Positions 15,301 to 23,926 of a DNA stretch of 50,277 nt are shown here, piece by piece (within the stretch, counting starts at the first letter, position 1; each line of letters opens with the position of its first letter). The stretch spans positions 1 to 50,277 of the IMG/VR virus record IMGVR_UViG_3300037478_000184; one strand, given 5' to 3'. Source of the DNA: a virus. The position numbers were made by a program, and so were the translations under genes. The notes under the pieces were generated by a model that made no database searches, was not told the origin of the DNA, and saw nothing but the letters and a program-made list of their open reading frames with translations.

Positions 15301-15775
15301 CGCTCTCCCGGCCCGCCTGGGCCGCGTCCTGCGGATTCAGGAAGCCTCTGGCCTGGGCCTCGCGGATGCGCGCGACTTCCTCGCGGTAGACTTGCTCGGC
15401 GGCCTGCACGTCGGCCTGGGCACGCTCGCGGCCCTGCAAGACCGCCTGGGCGCGTTCGTCCTCCGCGGCTCGACGCTGCGTGGCTTCGCGGTTCGCCAGG
15501 TGCGCGCGGTGCGCGGCGTCGATGGCCTCCTGGGCCTGGATCGTCTCCTGGGCTACGCGCTGTTCGGCTTGGACGCGCTGCTGGTTCGCTCGCGCGAGGG
15601 CCTGGATGCGCTCGGCCTGACGGTCCGCCGCCGTGCCCATGCGCTCGGACGCCTGCTCGACCTTCTTGCCCTCGGCCGCGAACTTCTGGAGCTCGGCCGA
15701 CGCGTCCGCGAACTGCCGCGCATCGACCCGAAGGCCGAGTGTCGCGATGTCCACGCCGCCGGAGGTCTCGGGCAT
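12320..15775 (-). CDS. Tape measure protein (1151 aa)
   Basis: Longest gene, Ala/Glu/Arg/Gln-rich coiled coil with hydrophobic central segments; lies directly after the G/GT chaperone pair. Confidence 0.9.
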   Translation of the reverse strand: MPETSGGVDIATLGLRVDARQFADASAELQKFAAEGKKVEQASERMGTAADRQAERIQALARANQQRVQAEQRVAQETIQAQEAIDAAHRAHLANREATQRRAAEDERAQAVLQGRERAQADVQAAEQVYREEVARIREAQARGFLNPQDAAQAGRESAEAYNRAVLQTIDQNATALSGSAGREAFTEVAGSLKNVEESGKRAGLGLGRLNETFASLASQAAGTHPVVGRLAGTVGSFAVGSAFMVPVLAGIAALGFAWQEFTRESRKAREEARRSADALLALAKAADMDLRGKIGQDVDASIGHLERLGAAVQRRIGGLAAAETFGGPLAVGLRSLLRKMVDNAEAGYDELQAAIREGEREAQKTLREEGQKYARMLQDQRDEERRIQEERARAFSESLAAPGQEADLFGSAIDTGVLNTVEELQAALEKMQGQAERLRDIEATRTLSMQDQVAAAESRLAIEERTEAVLRRQQTLRDVSGATGRTGAVPGAGQLAVAGGGTVSGVARMPDVIAIAGQIRAQWLATMNLMGKDVEELIHGTDDLSERRQQELEAIAGTIMGVASLADHLFGLEGGARSAVRGVSDLISGISQLESAKGLEGIAGTVAQISGWAGVIGGAVGLLDGLFGGGSQKLEQARERFGDALDDFVDELADASRWERLRADAAEGVQALIDAFIETIDVFEVKRAPHQLREEFENLVEDMGIEDALRRFADIYGGGAAQALDAYLAKLEQIEEQRQREVKALEDDIAIRALVAQGMDAEAEAMQLRLEREAELAHAAETGGDALVALYENLYVLEDAARRAAKMLEFEQLFEDAFQQRAVRTGDFDAQRAAAESDLQSQLDPFRELVEAGELTEEAFLHLATVMRGEVMEAIAAQERAWEHQTDQFMASLEARELALAGDDMGAMEAQLRAEGEAELFRADEMRRAGQISEEAFARLAAVIEGEVVQALQEAERAAREAAAAERFRAMVDTENLRVRLLMAQGMGEEARQLQQTLEVLQAVQDGRGAEYVRLLQLVHAEEDRAASLAKQRKAIEDTNRAIEDTVRVLNRPTGLRLSLLEWGAQAAQSTDSRAPSPWRTTSPVDQRSAMTSGGGGQATGSVDRSVTIREVHIHPPPGEDGHALLRRMKTAADQQRDAGGPDPFVYVPR

Positions 15776-15781
15776 GCCGCG

Positions 15782-16629
15782 TCAATCCTCGTCGTCAGGG
15801 TCGGGACCGGGGGCACGGTCGGCACGGTCCAGCGCCATGAGCGCTTCGGCCTCGTGCGGCTGGAGCCGCCGGTCCGTCAACTCGGCCCACGCTTTCACGT
15901 CCGGCCACTCGAGCGGATGGACGCCACCCCACCCGTCCGGCCTGCGATGCGCCGACAGCTCGAGCCACCAGCCGAACAGGTAGTCGAGCTCGTCCGGGTA
16001 GCCGGGCCCGTCGAGTCGCTTCCTCCTGGCCGCGTGCTTGGCGATGTCGGCAGGCGTCGCCGCACGGCGCTGCAACGAAAGCTCAAGGTGCTCGCGCACC
16101 GACGAGCCGCTCTCGTCGCGCTTGTTGAGCCGGGCCAGGTGTGCGACATGCTCGATCAGCCCCCTGACGAGGGCTCGGAAAAACCCTCGTGATCATTCAT
16201 CGCGAGGTTGACCTGTTCGTCGATCCAGCGGGCCGCGCGCAGCACCGTCAGGACGTTGGCGTCGGTGCAGGGGATCGGCTTGCCGGCGTCGAAGAAGCCA
16301 TTCCACGAGATGACGCATGCGGCGTGCAGTCGCAGGGTGTCCCGTTCCGCCTGTTCGCCGGTGTAGCGCCCGCGCTTCAGTCGCTTGTCGCGCAGCGCTT
16401 CCTCGGTACGCCGGTACCGGGCCGAGTAGGTGCCCGCCACGCGCATCGTGACCGGCTTCCGCTCGCCGTCATGGGCGTAGTAGAGCGGCGTGTCGTCCGC
16501 GCCGCGGACGTGGACCTCCCGGCCCTCTTCCTCGCGCTCGGCTACCGGCTTGGCGGCCGCCAGATCGAAGCCCTGGGCCTCGACAGCCTCCGTCGTTTCC
16601 GTCGTTTCCGTCGTCGTCTCGTCGCTCAT
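15782..16629 (-). CDS. Tail assembly chaperone, -1 frameshift fusion product (GT-like)
   Basis: From the slip site, the -1 frame stays open to 15782 (GFFRALVRGLIEHVAHLARLNKRDESGSSVREHLELS...). The frame offset is -1 relative to the G frame. Confidence 0.7.
16156..16629 (-). CDS. Tail assembly chaperone (G-like, 157 aa)
   Basis: Acidic N-terminus TTETTETTE; positioned between the tail tube and tape measure genes. Confidence 0.85.
   Translation of the reverse strand: MSDETTTETTETTEAVEAQGFDLAAAKPVAEREEEGREVHVRGADDTPLYYAHDGERKPVTMRVAGTYSARYRRTEEALRDKRLKRGRYTGEQAERDTLRLHAACVISWNGFFDAGKPIPCTDANVLTVLRAARWIDEQVNLAMNDHEGFSEPSSGG
16180..16186 (-). promoter_or_regulatory. Programmed -1 frameshift slippery heptamer G_GGT_TTT
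   Basis: Minus-strand GAG GGT TTT TCC, 8 codons before the G stop; AGCCC...GGGCT stem starts 4 nt downstream. Confidence 0.7.
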
Positions 16630-16749
16630 GATCAGGCGCGTGCTCCTGAGTTGTGGGTGCCCCTACTCCCGCCGCGGCACGCCTGGCAGACTTCGCCAGC
16701 ACGACGGAAGAAGGGGACGGGCTTCGCTTCGCTCCCACCTGGTCCTGCT

Positions 16750-16780
16750 CCCCAGCCCCGTGCGTGCTTCGGGGCCGGGG
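16750..16780 (-). other. Strong GC hairpin after the tail tube gene
   Basis: CCCCAGCCCCG-N9-CGGGGCCGGGG, 10 of 11 positions paired; no T-run. Confidence 0.4.
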
Positions 16781-16789
16781 TCCTTCGGG

Positions 16790-17992
16790 TCAGCTCACGC
16801 TCGTCGAGACCAGCATCATGCCCGGCGCGTAGCCGGCTCCGCGGTCGTCCACGCCGAACACGAACGAATGCGTCTGGACCAGGCCGCCGTCGTTGCCGGC
16901 GGGCCGCTGCGACGAGCGATAGCCGCCGTTGCCGACGTAGATCGCGATGAAGTCGGCCGGGTCGGCTTCGGGCTCCTGGGCCACCAGGAAGAGCTCGACC
17001 TGGTCCTCGGCCTTGAATGCGGTGAACTCGGCCAGATCCTCGGTCAGCATGGAGATCGTGCCCGTTCCGACCGCGTTCGACAGGAATACGTCGGGGCTCA
17101 CCCGCGTCCCGACCACCGGCTGTCCCTGCGGGCTCATCTGCCACGTCAGGTCGAGCGTGGTGATGTTGACCCAATCGGTGCCCCGCACACGAATCAGCCC
17201 GTCAAGCAGCACGAGCGCCGCCGATTCGGTCCGGGTCGGGTCCGTGAGCTGCGGGCTGTTCGCGTCCGAGTACTCTTCCAGCGCCCTGCCCCCGATCCCG
17301 CACGTCACCGTGAGCAGGTTGTCCGCGCTCACCTGGATTTGCAGCGAGCCGATCTTGCAGTCCTCGCCCACCACCGACTCGTCGATGTCCTGGTAGACTT
17401 CCTCGATCGTGTAGTAGCGCTCGGTGGGCGGGTCGTCCGGATAGACGTGCCTGGCCACGGTCAGGTCCCATTCGGCATCCTCCGAGGCGGCTTCGAACGA
17501 TGCGGCGGGTACGGTGATCACCGAGGCGGTCACGCTGAGCACGCGCACCCACTTGTCGTTGTTGGCGGCCTCGCTGTGGTTCTCCAGCTTGATCATCTGA
17601 CCGGCGAGCACGCCCTGCGTGATCCACGACCCACCCGCCGCGGTCAGGGTGGCCGTGCCCACCGTCAGCCCGCCGAGCGAGCCCACCGATTCGTCCAGTG
17701 CGATCTCGGAGACCCACGTACCGCGCAGGCCCGCTTCGATGAAGTCGAGCCCGTTGGTCACGCCCAGCTCGATCGGGTAGGTCGCCGTGACGAACTGCGA
17801 GCCGAGCCGGCCTTTCGCATTCTGGCCGTCGCCCCGGATCGCCTGGGACTGGATGTCGGCGGAAGCGAGATCGAGGCCGCTCCAGGCGCGCAGGCCCGTG
17901 AGGACAGTGCCCCCGGAACCGGACTCGGGCGTGCCGAAGGCCGACTGCTCCTTGTAGGCCACGGTGACGTTCTTTCCGGATTGCAGAGCCAT
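16790..17992 (-). CDS. Major tail (tube) protein (400 aa)
   Basis: Position immediately upstream of the chaperones, Thr/Ser/Gly/Val-rich beta-type composition, followed by a strong hairpin. Confidence 0.8.
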   Translation of the reverse strand: MALQSGKNVTVAYKEQSAFGTPESGSGGTVLTGLRAWSGLDLASADIQSQAIRGDGQNAKGRLGSQFVTATYPIELGVTNGLDFIEAGLRGTWVSEIALDESVGSLGGLTVGTATLTAAGGSWITQGVLAGQMIKLENHSEAANNDKWVRVLSVTASVITVPAASFEAASEDAEWDLTVARHVYPDDPPTERYYTIEEVYQDIDESVVGEDCKIGSLQIQVSADNLLTVTCGIGGRALEEYSDANSPQLTDPTRTESAALVLLDGLIRVRGTDWVNITTLDLTWQMSPQGQPVVGTRVSPDVFLSNAVGTGTISMLTEDLAEFTAFKAEDQVELFLVAQEPEADPADFIAIYVGNGGYRSSQRPAGNDGGLVQTHSFVFGVDDRGAGYAPGMMLVSTSVS

Positions 17993-18001
17993 GGTGGTAC
18001 C

Positions 18002-18706
18002 TCAGCTGATGGTGGCGAGCGTGTAGAGACGAAGCGGCACCGTGACCGGCACCGTGGCGAAGCCCGGCACGAGCCGGAGCGAGGAGCCGCAGTAGGGTCC
18101 CGTATCACCCCTGACCCGGAGCGTGTCTCCGGTCGAGAGCGTCATGGGCTGCGAGGGCGCGAACAGCGCAAGCAACGCATCCGCATAGCTGTCGGAAGCT
18201 TCCGCGCCCGTGTCTTCGACCGCGTGGACGTGGACGACGAGCGTGGGCCGGACTTCGACGTGGCCGCCTCCCACGATGCCGGGCCGTTGGGACGGGCCAC
18301 CGACGAGTGACTCCTTGACCCATGGCACGCCGACGGGCGGATCGAACGCGATGTTCTCCCATGCGCGCAGCACGGGGAGACCCACGGAGAGCGTGCGGGC
18401 CGATGCCTCGGATTCGACCTCCAGCGCGCGGTCGACGGGCACCCCGTCCGTGACGTTGTAGGCATCGACCGTGAGCGTGGATGCGGTGACGGCGGTCACG
18501 ACGGCGGTCCCGTTGTTGTCGGCCTCCGCGAAGCCCGAGGCCACAACTTCCTGCCCGAGCAAGAAGCCATCGTCGACGAACGAGCCAGAGGCGCGCGTGT
18601 AGCCCGTCGCTGTGACGCCAAGCGTGGTCGATCCGGTCGTGCAGACGGAGAGCGTGAGCAGGCGAGTCCTGAGCGCCCGCCGCATCGCGAGATTGGACAC
18701 GCTCAT
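18002..18706 (-). CDS. Tail terminator/tail completion candidate (234 aa)
   Basis: ORF 18002..18940 trimmed to ATG 18706 (ATGA overlap): MSVSNLAMRRALRTRLLTLS...; function inferred from gene order only. Confidence 0.7.
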   Translation of the reverse strand: MSVSNLAMRRALRTRLLTLSVCTTGSTTLGVTATGYTRASGSFVDDGFLLGQEVVASGFAEADNNGTAVVTAVTASTLTVDAYNVTDGVPVDRALEVESEASARTLSVGLPVLRAWENIAFDPPVGVPWVKESLVGGPSQRPGIVGGGHVEVRPTLVVHVHAVEDTGAEASDSYADALLALFAPSQPMTLSTGDTLRVRGDTGPYCGSSLRLVPGFATVPVTVPLRLYTLATIS

Positions 18707-19107
18707 GTGCCGGCCTTCGCGCGTCGGGTGGCGTCTTCGACGATGCGGTCCCAGTTGACGCGGGTCATCCGAACGGAGTGTGCGCCACCGATCTCGGAGC
18801 GGAACACCATCGCCCTGGGCGTGACCTCGGTGCCGCGCTCCGTCGTGTAGGGCGGCTGCTGGCCTTCCTCGATGGAGCGGGCATACTCGACGCCCGTCGC
18901 GACCTGGCCGACCAGATCCTCGGGAAACGTCGGCTGCCACGACCCGATCAGATTGCCTTCATCGACAGGCTGGCCCGGTGCGCCCGTGACCTCCGAGCCT
19001 TCGGTGATCGACTCGTGCACGTCGCCCACGGCGCCCACGAACACGTCCCTCAGGCGTCCGTCGACCTTCGTCGCGAACGACTGGAGATCGTCGCCGAAGC
19101 CCATCAC
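18703..19107 (-). CDS. HK97 gp10-like neck/tail-attachment protein (134 aa)
   Basis: FATKVDGRLRDVFVGAVGDVHESITEGSEVTGAPGQPVDEGNL..SW resembles the HK97 gp10 family (from memory), and the gene order fits. Confidence 0.7.
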   Translation of the reverse strand: MMGFGDDLQSFATKVDGRLRDVFVGAVGDVHESITEGSEVTGAPGQPVDEGNLIGSWQPTFPEDLVGQVATGVEYARSIEEGQQPPYTTERGTEVTPRAMVFRSEIGGAHSVRMTRVNWDRIVEDATRRAKAGT

Positions 19108-19472
19108 GCACCCCCGCTCTCGATCACGACGTGAGCCAGGATTGCGGTGCCGTCAGGCTCGAGCGGATCCACGTCACGAACCACGTGCTTCTCGCCCGAC
19201 CACGTGACCGATGCGCCGAGCGGCGGCACGTCCCCGTAGGCCGAGGGAGCGAAAAGCAGCGTCGGCGCCTTGGATTCGATCAGGCCGAGCGCCTGGTAGG
19301 TGTCGGGCTTGCCGGGGATGCGCGTCGCATGCCCGGCCACCGTGACGGTCGTGGGTGTCGATGCGCCCGTCACGGGATCGTATGACCCCAGCGTGGTCTT
19401 CGTGAACGTCACTGGAGCGCCGGCCTCTCGGATTCCATCGAGCGCGTCCGCGTGCTCCGTGGCGTAAGCCAT
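19104..19472 (-). CDS. Head-tail joining (head closure) candidate (122 aa)
   Basis: ORF 19104..19745 trimmed to ATG 19472: MAYATEHADALDGIREAGAPVTFTK...; function inferred from gene order only. Confidence 0.7.
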   Translation of the reverse strand: MAYATEHADALDGIREAGAPVTFTKTTLGSYDPVTGASTPTTVTVAGHATRIPGKPDTYQALGLIESKAPTLLFAPSAYGDVPPLGASVTWSGEKHVVRDVDPLEPDGTAILAHVVIESGGA

Positions 19473-20017
19473 CAGGACCTCACCACGTCGCGCGTACCGA
19501 TCCGGGCCAACGGGTTGAGCAGGCTGTAGACGCGAGAGAAGCGCGAGAGCCCCTCCTTGCCTGCCGCGCGACGGTCCCACTCCCACGCCAGCGGGCCGAT
19601 CTTCTTCGCGACCAGCCCCTCGACAGTGTTCCGGTCCGGGTTCGCGATATCCGCCGTCCCCGCCCGCAGGAACTCGAGCGCCAGCTCGCAGGTCGCATCC
19701 CTGACCCGCTGGGGGATCTCGTCGTCGTCGAAGTAGGCAGGCCACGTCAGTCCGGCCACGTACGACGCATCGGGATCAGGGGCGTAGGTGCGCGGCCAGG
19801 CCAGCGCCTGCACGTTGTCCGTACGGGCCCCCTCGTACTGAAGTAGGCTGATCTCGCGGGTGGCCTCAACGAGTGCCCGGTTCTGATCGTCCTCGGCCTC
19901 GGCGTCCTCGAAAGCCCCGGCGTTGAGCCTACCTTCGAGGTAGGTCAGGCATTCCGCGAGCGTGACGAAGCTGTTCGCGGTCGCCGAGCCAACCGTCGCG
20001 ACGATCGTGACCGGCAC
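19472..20017 (-). CDS. Head-tail connector/adaptor (gp6-like, 181 aa)
   Basis: MPVTIVATVGSATANSFVTLAECLTYLEGRL... is a typical gp6-like connector N-terminus (from memory). Confidence 0.75.
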   Translation of the reverse strand: MPVTIVATVGSATANSFVTLAECLTYLEGRLNAGAFEDAEAEDDQNRALVEATREISLLQYEGARTDNVQALAWPRTYAPDPDASYVAGLTWPAYFDDDEIPQRVRDATCELALEFLRAGTADIANPDRNTVEGLVAKKIGPLAWEWDRRAAGKEGLSRFSRVYSLLNPLARIGTRDVVRS

Positions 20018-20020
20018 GGG

Positions 20021-20278
20021 TCAGCCATCCAACCCGAGGATCGTGCGGGCCAGGTCGGCGTTCGGGCCTTCGGGGTTCCGCTCCAGGGATTCCTCGGGCG
20101 TGATCTGGAGCGGCCACTCCGGGCTCTCCGCACCCTCGAACCCAGAGCCGGGCCACGGCACATGGGACCCGCGCTCGAGGAGGACCCTGGCCTCGTCTTC
20201 CTCGTGCTCCTCGACTCGGCCAGTGCGGCGGTGGTAGATGACCCAGAGGCCATCACGGTTTCGGGCGGGCTGGGTCAT
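20021..20278 (-). CDS. Hypothetical acidic protein (85 aa)
   Basis: Ordinary composition, 4-nt overlap with the upstream gene. Confidence 0.7.
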   Translation of the reverse strand: MTQPARNRDGLWVIYHRRTGRVEEHEEDEARVLLERGSHVPWPGSGFEGAESPEWPLQITPEESLERNPEGPNADLARTILGLDG

Positions 20279-20667
20279 CCCTCCACGCCCTCCGCGTGTT
20301 CCTCGATCAGCGCGAGTGCTTCGTCCTCGTTGCGCGTGCTCGCTCCGATCTGCTCACCGTCCGGCCCGTACGCCTTCCACCAGCCGGCCGCCCGTTCCAT
20401 CTGGTAGCCTTCCGGCAGGTCGGCTGCCGCGGGTTCACCGGCCGCCTCGGACTCACCGTCGACCTCGAACACCGAGGCGCTCGCCGACCGGGGTGCCGGC
20501 ACGTGCTTCGGGGGCTGGAACGGCGACCGCGCCGATGTCCCGGCGGGCGGCTCAGCCGAATGCGTCCCGGCAGCGATCAACGCCTTGGCGTCGACCGGCC
20601 AGTACTCGCGCTGCTCCCCTGTCGCCAGGTCGAACATCACCCATTTTCCGTCGCTCGTCTTGTGCAT
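20275..20667 (-). CDS. Hypothetical protein (130 aa)
   Basis: MHKTSDGKWVMFDLATGEQREYWPVDAKALIAAG... Confidence 0.7.
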   Translation of the reverse strand: MHKTSDGKWVMFDLATGEQREYWPVDAKALIAAGTHSAEPPAGTSARSPFQPPKHVPAPRSASASVFEVDGESEAAGEPAAADLPEGYQMERAAGWWKAYGPDGEQIGASTRNEDEALALIEEHAEGVEG

Positions 20668-20669
20668 GA

Positions 20670-21116
20670 TCAGGCGTCCTTGACGACGTAGGCCGTGAAG
20701 TCGACACCCGTCCCGACCGTGCCCGCCACGTCCACAGCGAGCCGCATGTAGCGGTAGACCGTGCCGTTGATCTCACTCGCGAAGGGCAGCTCGTAGCGTC
20801 CGGCGCCGTTGTCCGCGTCGGCGTTGGCCATCGCAGCCGCAGCCGCATCTCCGAGCACGAAGCCCGGACCCTGCACGATGCCAGACGCGAAGGTCGACGA
20901 GTTGCTGAATTCGAGCACGACATGGAAGCTCTCGTCTCCGTCCGCGACCTCGACCGCCGTCGCGTCGATGACCACCCGCCCGTCGACGCGGGCCGCCCCG
21001 AAGTCGAGGATCTTGTCGGACCCATCCACCTGCGCGATGTCGTCGGCGGCGATGAGCCCCGCGTCCTTCAGCTGAAGGTCCGCATCGAAGGTGAAATCCT
21101 TGCTGTTCCGTGGCAT
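20670..21116 (-). CDS. Head-module protein (148 aa), possible decoration/cement protein
   Basis: Beta-type Asp/Gly/Val/Ala-rich sequence just downstream of the capsid gene; function is a guess. Confidence 0.7.
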   Translation of the reverse strand: MPRNSKDFTFDADLQLKDAGLIAADDIAQVDGSDKILDFGAARVDGRVVIDATAVEVADGDESFHVVLEFSNSSTFASGIVQGPGFVLGDAAAAAMANADADNGAGRYELPFASEINGTVYRYMRLAVDVAGTVGTGVDFTAYVVKDA

Positions 21117-21129
21117 CGTTGTCTCTCCC

Positions 21130-21618
21130 TCACGCCTGGATGTAGTAGATGGCGACGGTCACTTCGCCCGCCGATACGCTGGTGAAGTCGGCATCGGTCG
21201 TGACGGTCAGCGTCGGGCGGTTCTCGGTCACCAGAAGCTTCGTCCCGGACGGTACGCCGGACTCGACGCCGTCCGCTGCCGTGCTGAACACGTCGACCGT
21301 GCTCGTGTTGTAGCGGTCCGCGTCGGTGCCGTCCCCGATCGTCATGGCGGCCGAGGTGTCGCCTGCGAACCCGTCCCCGACGAGCACCTTGGTGCCGAGC
21401 ACGATCGCGCCAGCGGGCAGGCTGCCCGCGAACTGGATCGTCCCGACGGCCGCGCCGCCGTCCGTGAAATCGTCGAACGCGAACGTCTCCTCGAGCACGC
21501 CGAGAACGCCTACGCCTCGGTTTGCGCCCTGGTCAGGGAACGAGACGGTGACCCTCTCGCGCTTCACGCGGTTGGCGCCGGTGCTGCGCGCCACCTCGAC
21601 CGTTCGAGTAATCGGCAC
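21130..21618 (-). CDS. Head-module protein (162 aa), possible decoration protein
   Basis: Directly after the major capsid gene; beta-type composition; function is a guess. Confidence 0.7.
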   Translation of the reverse strand: MPITRTVEVARSTGANRVKRERVTVSFPDQGANRGVGVLGVLEETFAFDDFTDGGAAVGTIQFAGSLPAGAIVLGTKVLVGDGFAGDTSAAMTIGDGTDADRYNTSTVDVFSTAADGVESGVPSGTKLLVTENRPTLTVTTDADFTSVSAGEVTVAIYYIQA

Positions 21619-21630
21619 GATGACCGTCCT

Positions 21631-22587
21631 TTACGCGACGACAGCCGCGTTGCTGATGCCGCCGTACCGTGCGACGGCGCGCGGATGTTCGACCACCTGC
21701 GACACGAGCCACTCGACGCGGGTCGTGAGCTGGGGGCTGTCCGTGTCCTCGCCCAGATCGCGGACGTCCATCGTCCCGTTCTGGATGCCCTGGTAGTAGC
21801 CGTCGCCGAGCGAGACGCAGTAGATCGAGGTCGATGTCGAGCCCCCAGGGGTCCCGCCGAGATCGCCCTGCTCATCGAAGGCCAGCGGCTCGGTGCCGTC
21901 GTTCTCCGGATAGGGCTCGATCATGGGGACGCCGTTGTAGTTCGGGATCTGGCGACCGAAGCTGTCGGGGCTCCACATCACGAACCCGCCAACCGTGTAC
22001 GTGCGGGCGGCTTGGGTGATGCGCTGGATCATGGCCTTGTTCATCCAGAGCTGCTTGTTCGGGCCACTCACCTTGCCGATCACCTGGTCGAGCTTGAACA
22101 GCGAGAGCGCATCGCCCCCGTCGGTCGTGCCGGCCGAGACGAACTGCGAGCCGCTCGTGGAGATCCTGACCTGGAGCCCGTCGAACTCGCGCGGGTCCGT
22201 CGTCGAGTCGCCCTTGATCAGCTTGTTCGTGATCGAAGCGGCGAGCGCCTTCGTCTTCATCGTCTCGTGGGTGGTCCGCGTCCCGTCCCCGAACATCTTG
22301 ACCAGCGCCGAGTCGACCGTGAGGTCGCCACCAGCGACTCGCAGGGCCTCTGCGGCCGGGTTGATGATGCCCGCGGAAGGCGTGTACGCCTCGTTGATCC
22401 CGCGGAACGCCACGCCAGGCAGGACACCTTCCTGGTTGTAGGCGTAGCTGTTGCCGGGGATCGACCGGAACGGGATTGCCGCGAGCCACGCGGACGAGCG
22501 CGCGAACGTGCTGATGATGCCGGCGCGCTTGGACTCGCCGTTGTTGAATGCGGCCTTGGCGGCTTCCAGCAGTGTGATCGAGGCCAT
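21631..22587 (-). CDS. Major capsid protein (318 aa)
   Basis: ORF 21631..22626 trimmed to ATG 22587: MASITLLEAAKAAFNNGESKRAGIISTFARSS..IPFRSIPGNSYAYNQEGVLPGVAFRGINEAY. Follows the scaffold gene; size and position fit an HK97-fold capsid. Confidence 0.85.
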   Translation of the reverse strand: MASITLLEAAKAAFNNGESKRAGIISTFARSSAWLAAIPFRSIPGNSYAYNQEGVLPGVAFRGINEAYTPSAGIINPAAEALRVAGGDLTVDSALVKMFGDGTRTTHETMKTKALAASITNKLIKGDSTTDPREFDGLQVRISTSGSQFVSAGTTDGGDALSLFKLDQVIGKVSGPNKQLWMNKAMIQRITQAARTYTVGGFVMWSPDSFGRQIPNYNGVPMIEPYPENDGTEPLAFDEQGDLGGTPGGSTSTSIYCVSLGDGYYQGIQNGTMDVRDLGEDTDSPQLTTRVEWLVSQVVEHPRAVARYGGISNAAVVA

Positions 22588-22662
22588 CTTGGTCCCCCAG
22601 GGATTTGTGGTCACTCCCCGGGGCAACGACGAAAGGGCCGGGGATTCTTGCGCTGGTTTGAG

Positions 22663-22708
22663 GGAATCACTCCCTCCGAACGAGCGCCGGAATCACTCCG
22701 GCCGAACG
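22663..22708. repeat. Two 20-nt direct repeats GGAATCACTCC(CT/GG)CCGAACG with 26-nt period, upstream of the capsid gene
   Basis: 22663-22682 and 22689-22708 have 18/20 identical bases. A third TCACTCC core lies at 22611-22617. Confidence 0.8.
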
Positions 22709-22737
22709 GTCCTACGAATACTACACCTAGTAGTGTA

Positions 22738-23229
22738 TCACCATCCCGCCACTACCGCAAGTTGTTTTTTCGCTCGCGCCCTACTCTTGGTGCTGCGGGC
22801 ACGATGGCATATGCGGCAATAGCGGCGAGGTAGTCCGCCGCGCCCTTGTCCCACCATGAGGTTGTCGCCGGATAGTGGGTGGCCGTGAATGCAGTGCGAC
22901 TTGCGAGCGTTCTTGGCCGAAGGGCTGCACCCACGCAGGATATTGCTGCGGTTCGTGATCGGCCTCACATGCTCCGGATTGCAGCAGGACGTACTGCATC
23001 CACCGGGCATCATGTAGTGATCGAGTACCATGCCTTCGGGAATCGGCCCGACCTCATCCTCGTACCTGACGCGGTGCGCGGGCATCAGCACGTCGCCGTC
23101 ATCGACGTAGACATGAACCATGCCGTACCCGTCCCTGTCCCGCGCACCGTTCCAGATGTGGCAACCGTCCCCCCTCACGACCCACCCGACCCGCCGCTGC
23201 GACCAGTCCACTCGCTCCCCTTGTGCCAC
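22738..23229 (-). CDS. HNH endonuclease (about 163 aa), free-standing between the scaffold and capsid genes
   Basis: GCHIWNGARDRDGYGMV...AHRVRYEDEVGPIPEGMVLDHYMMPGGCSTSCCNPEHVRPITNRSN...CIHGH. The GTG start (23229 or 23211) is uncertain. Confidence 0.8.
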   Translation of the reverse strand: MAQGERVDWSQRRVGWVVRGDGCHIWNGARDRDGYGMVHVYVDDGDVLMPAHRVRYEDEVGPIPEGMVLDHYMMPGGCSTSCCNPEHVRPITNRSNILRGCSPSAKNARKSHCIHGHPLSGDNLMVGQGRGGLPRRYCRICHRARSTKSRARAKKQLAVVAGW

Positions 23230-23234
23230 CCCCA

Positions 23235-23900
23235 CTATCCCTCGTTCGCCGCCGCGATTGCGAGGGCCGGGTTCTTCACCACGTCCTCGAAGCTCAGCCC
23301 TGTCGCGTTCTGGCCGGTCGTCGGCGTCGTGCCGTTGAACCCCGTCCCGCTTCCCCCGCCCTTGGTCCCGAGCGTCCATTCCTTTCGGCTCTTGAGGATG
23401 CCCTGGACGTGGCGCTCCACATCCTTGCCGGGCTCGGCGCGCACCATCGGCTTGTCGTCGCTCGTCAGGTCGAACTCCTCGCCGTGCAGCTTCCAGAAGT
23501 CGTCGAGCTTGGCGTCGAGCGCCCCGTGCTTCTTGAAGAGTCCCTTGACCCTGTTGTCCAGCTTGAGCGCGCGATTCTCGGTTACGATCTTGTCCATGTC
23601 GGCCAGCTTGGGCTCGTACTCGGCGCGCACGTTGGCCTCGACGGAATCGTAGATTTTCTTGAGCTCCTCTTCCGTCATGCCCTTGGCGGAGGCCTCGCGC
23701 TTGGTGGCCGCGTCTGCGGCCTCGCGGGCAGCCTTCTTGGCTACGGCCTCGGCGTTCTTCCTGGCCTGGCGCTCGTCGTCCAGCGCCTGCTTGAGGGTCC
23801 CGGCCTCGTCGATCGGGACCCACTTGCCGTCCTCCTCCTCGTAGGCCTCCTCGAATCCCTTGGGGATTTCTTCCTGCTTGTCGAACGTCGGGAGTTTCAT
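23235..23900 (-). CDS. Scaffolding protein (221 aa)
   Basis: Highly charged Ala/Glu/Lys helical protein between the MuF and capsid genes. Confidence 0.8.
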   Translation of the reverse strand: MKLPTFDKQEEIPKGFEEAYEEEDGKWVPIDEAGTLKQALDDERQARKNAEAVAKKAAREAADAATKREASAKGMTEEELKKIYDSVEANVRAEYEPKLADMDKIVTENRALKLDNRVKGLFKKHGALDAKLDDFWKLHGEEFDLTSDDKPMVRAEPGKDVERHVQGILKSRKEWTLGTKGGGSGTGFNGTTPTTGQNATGLSFEDVVKNPALAIAAANEG

Positions 23901-23926
23901 CGGTCGATCTCCTCTATGTGTCGTGG

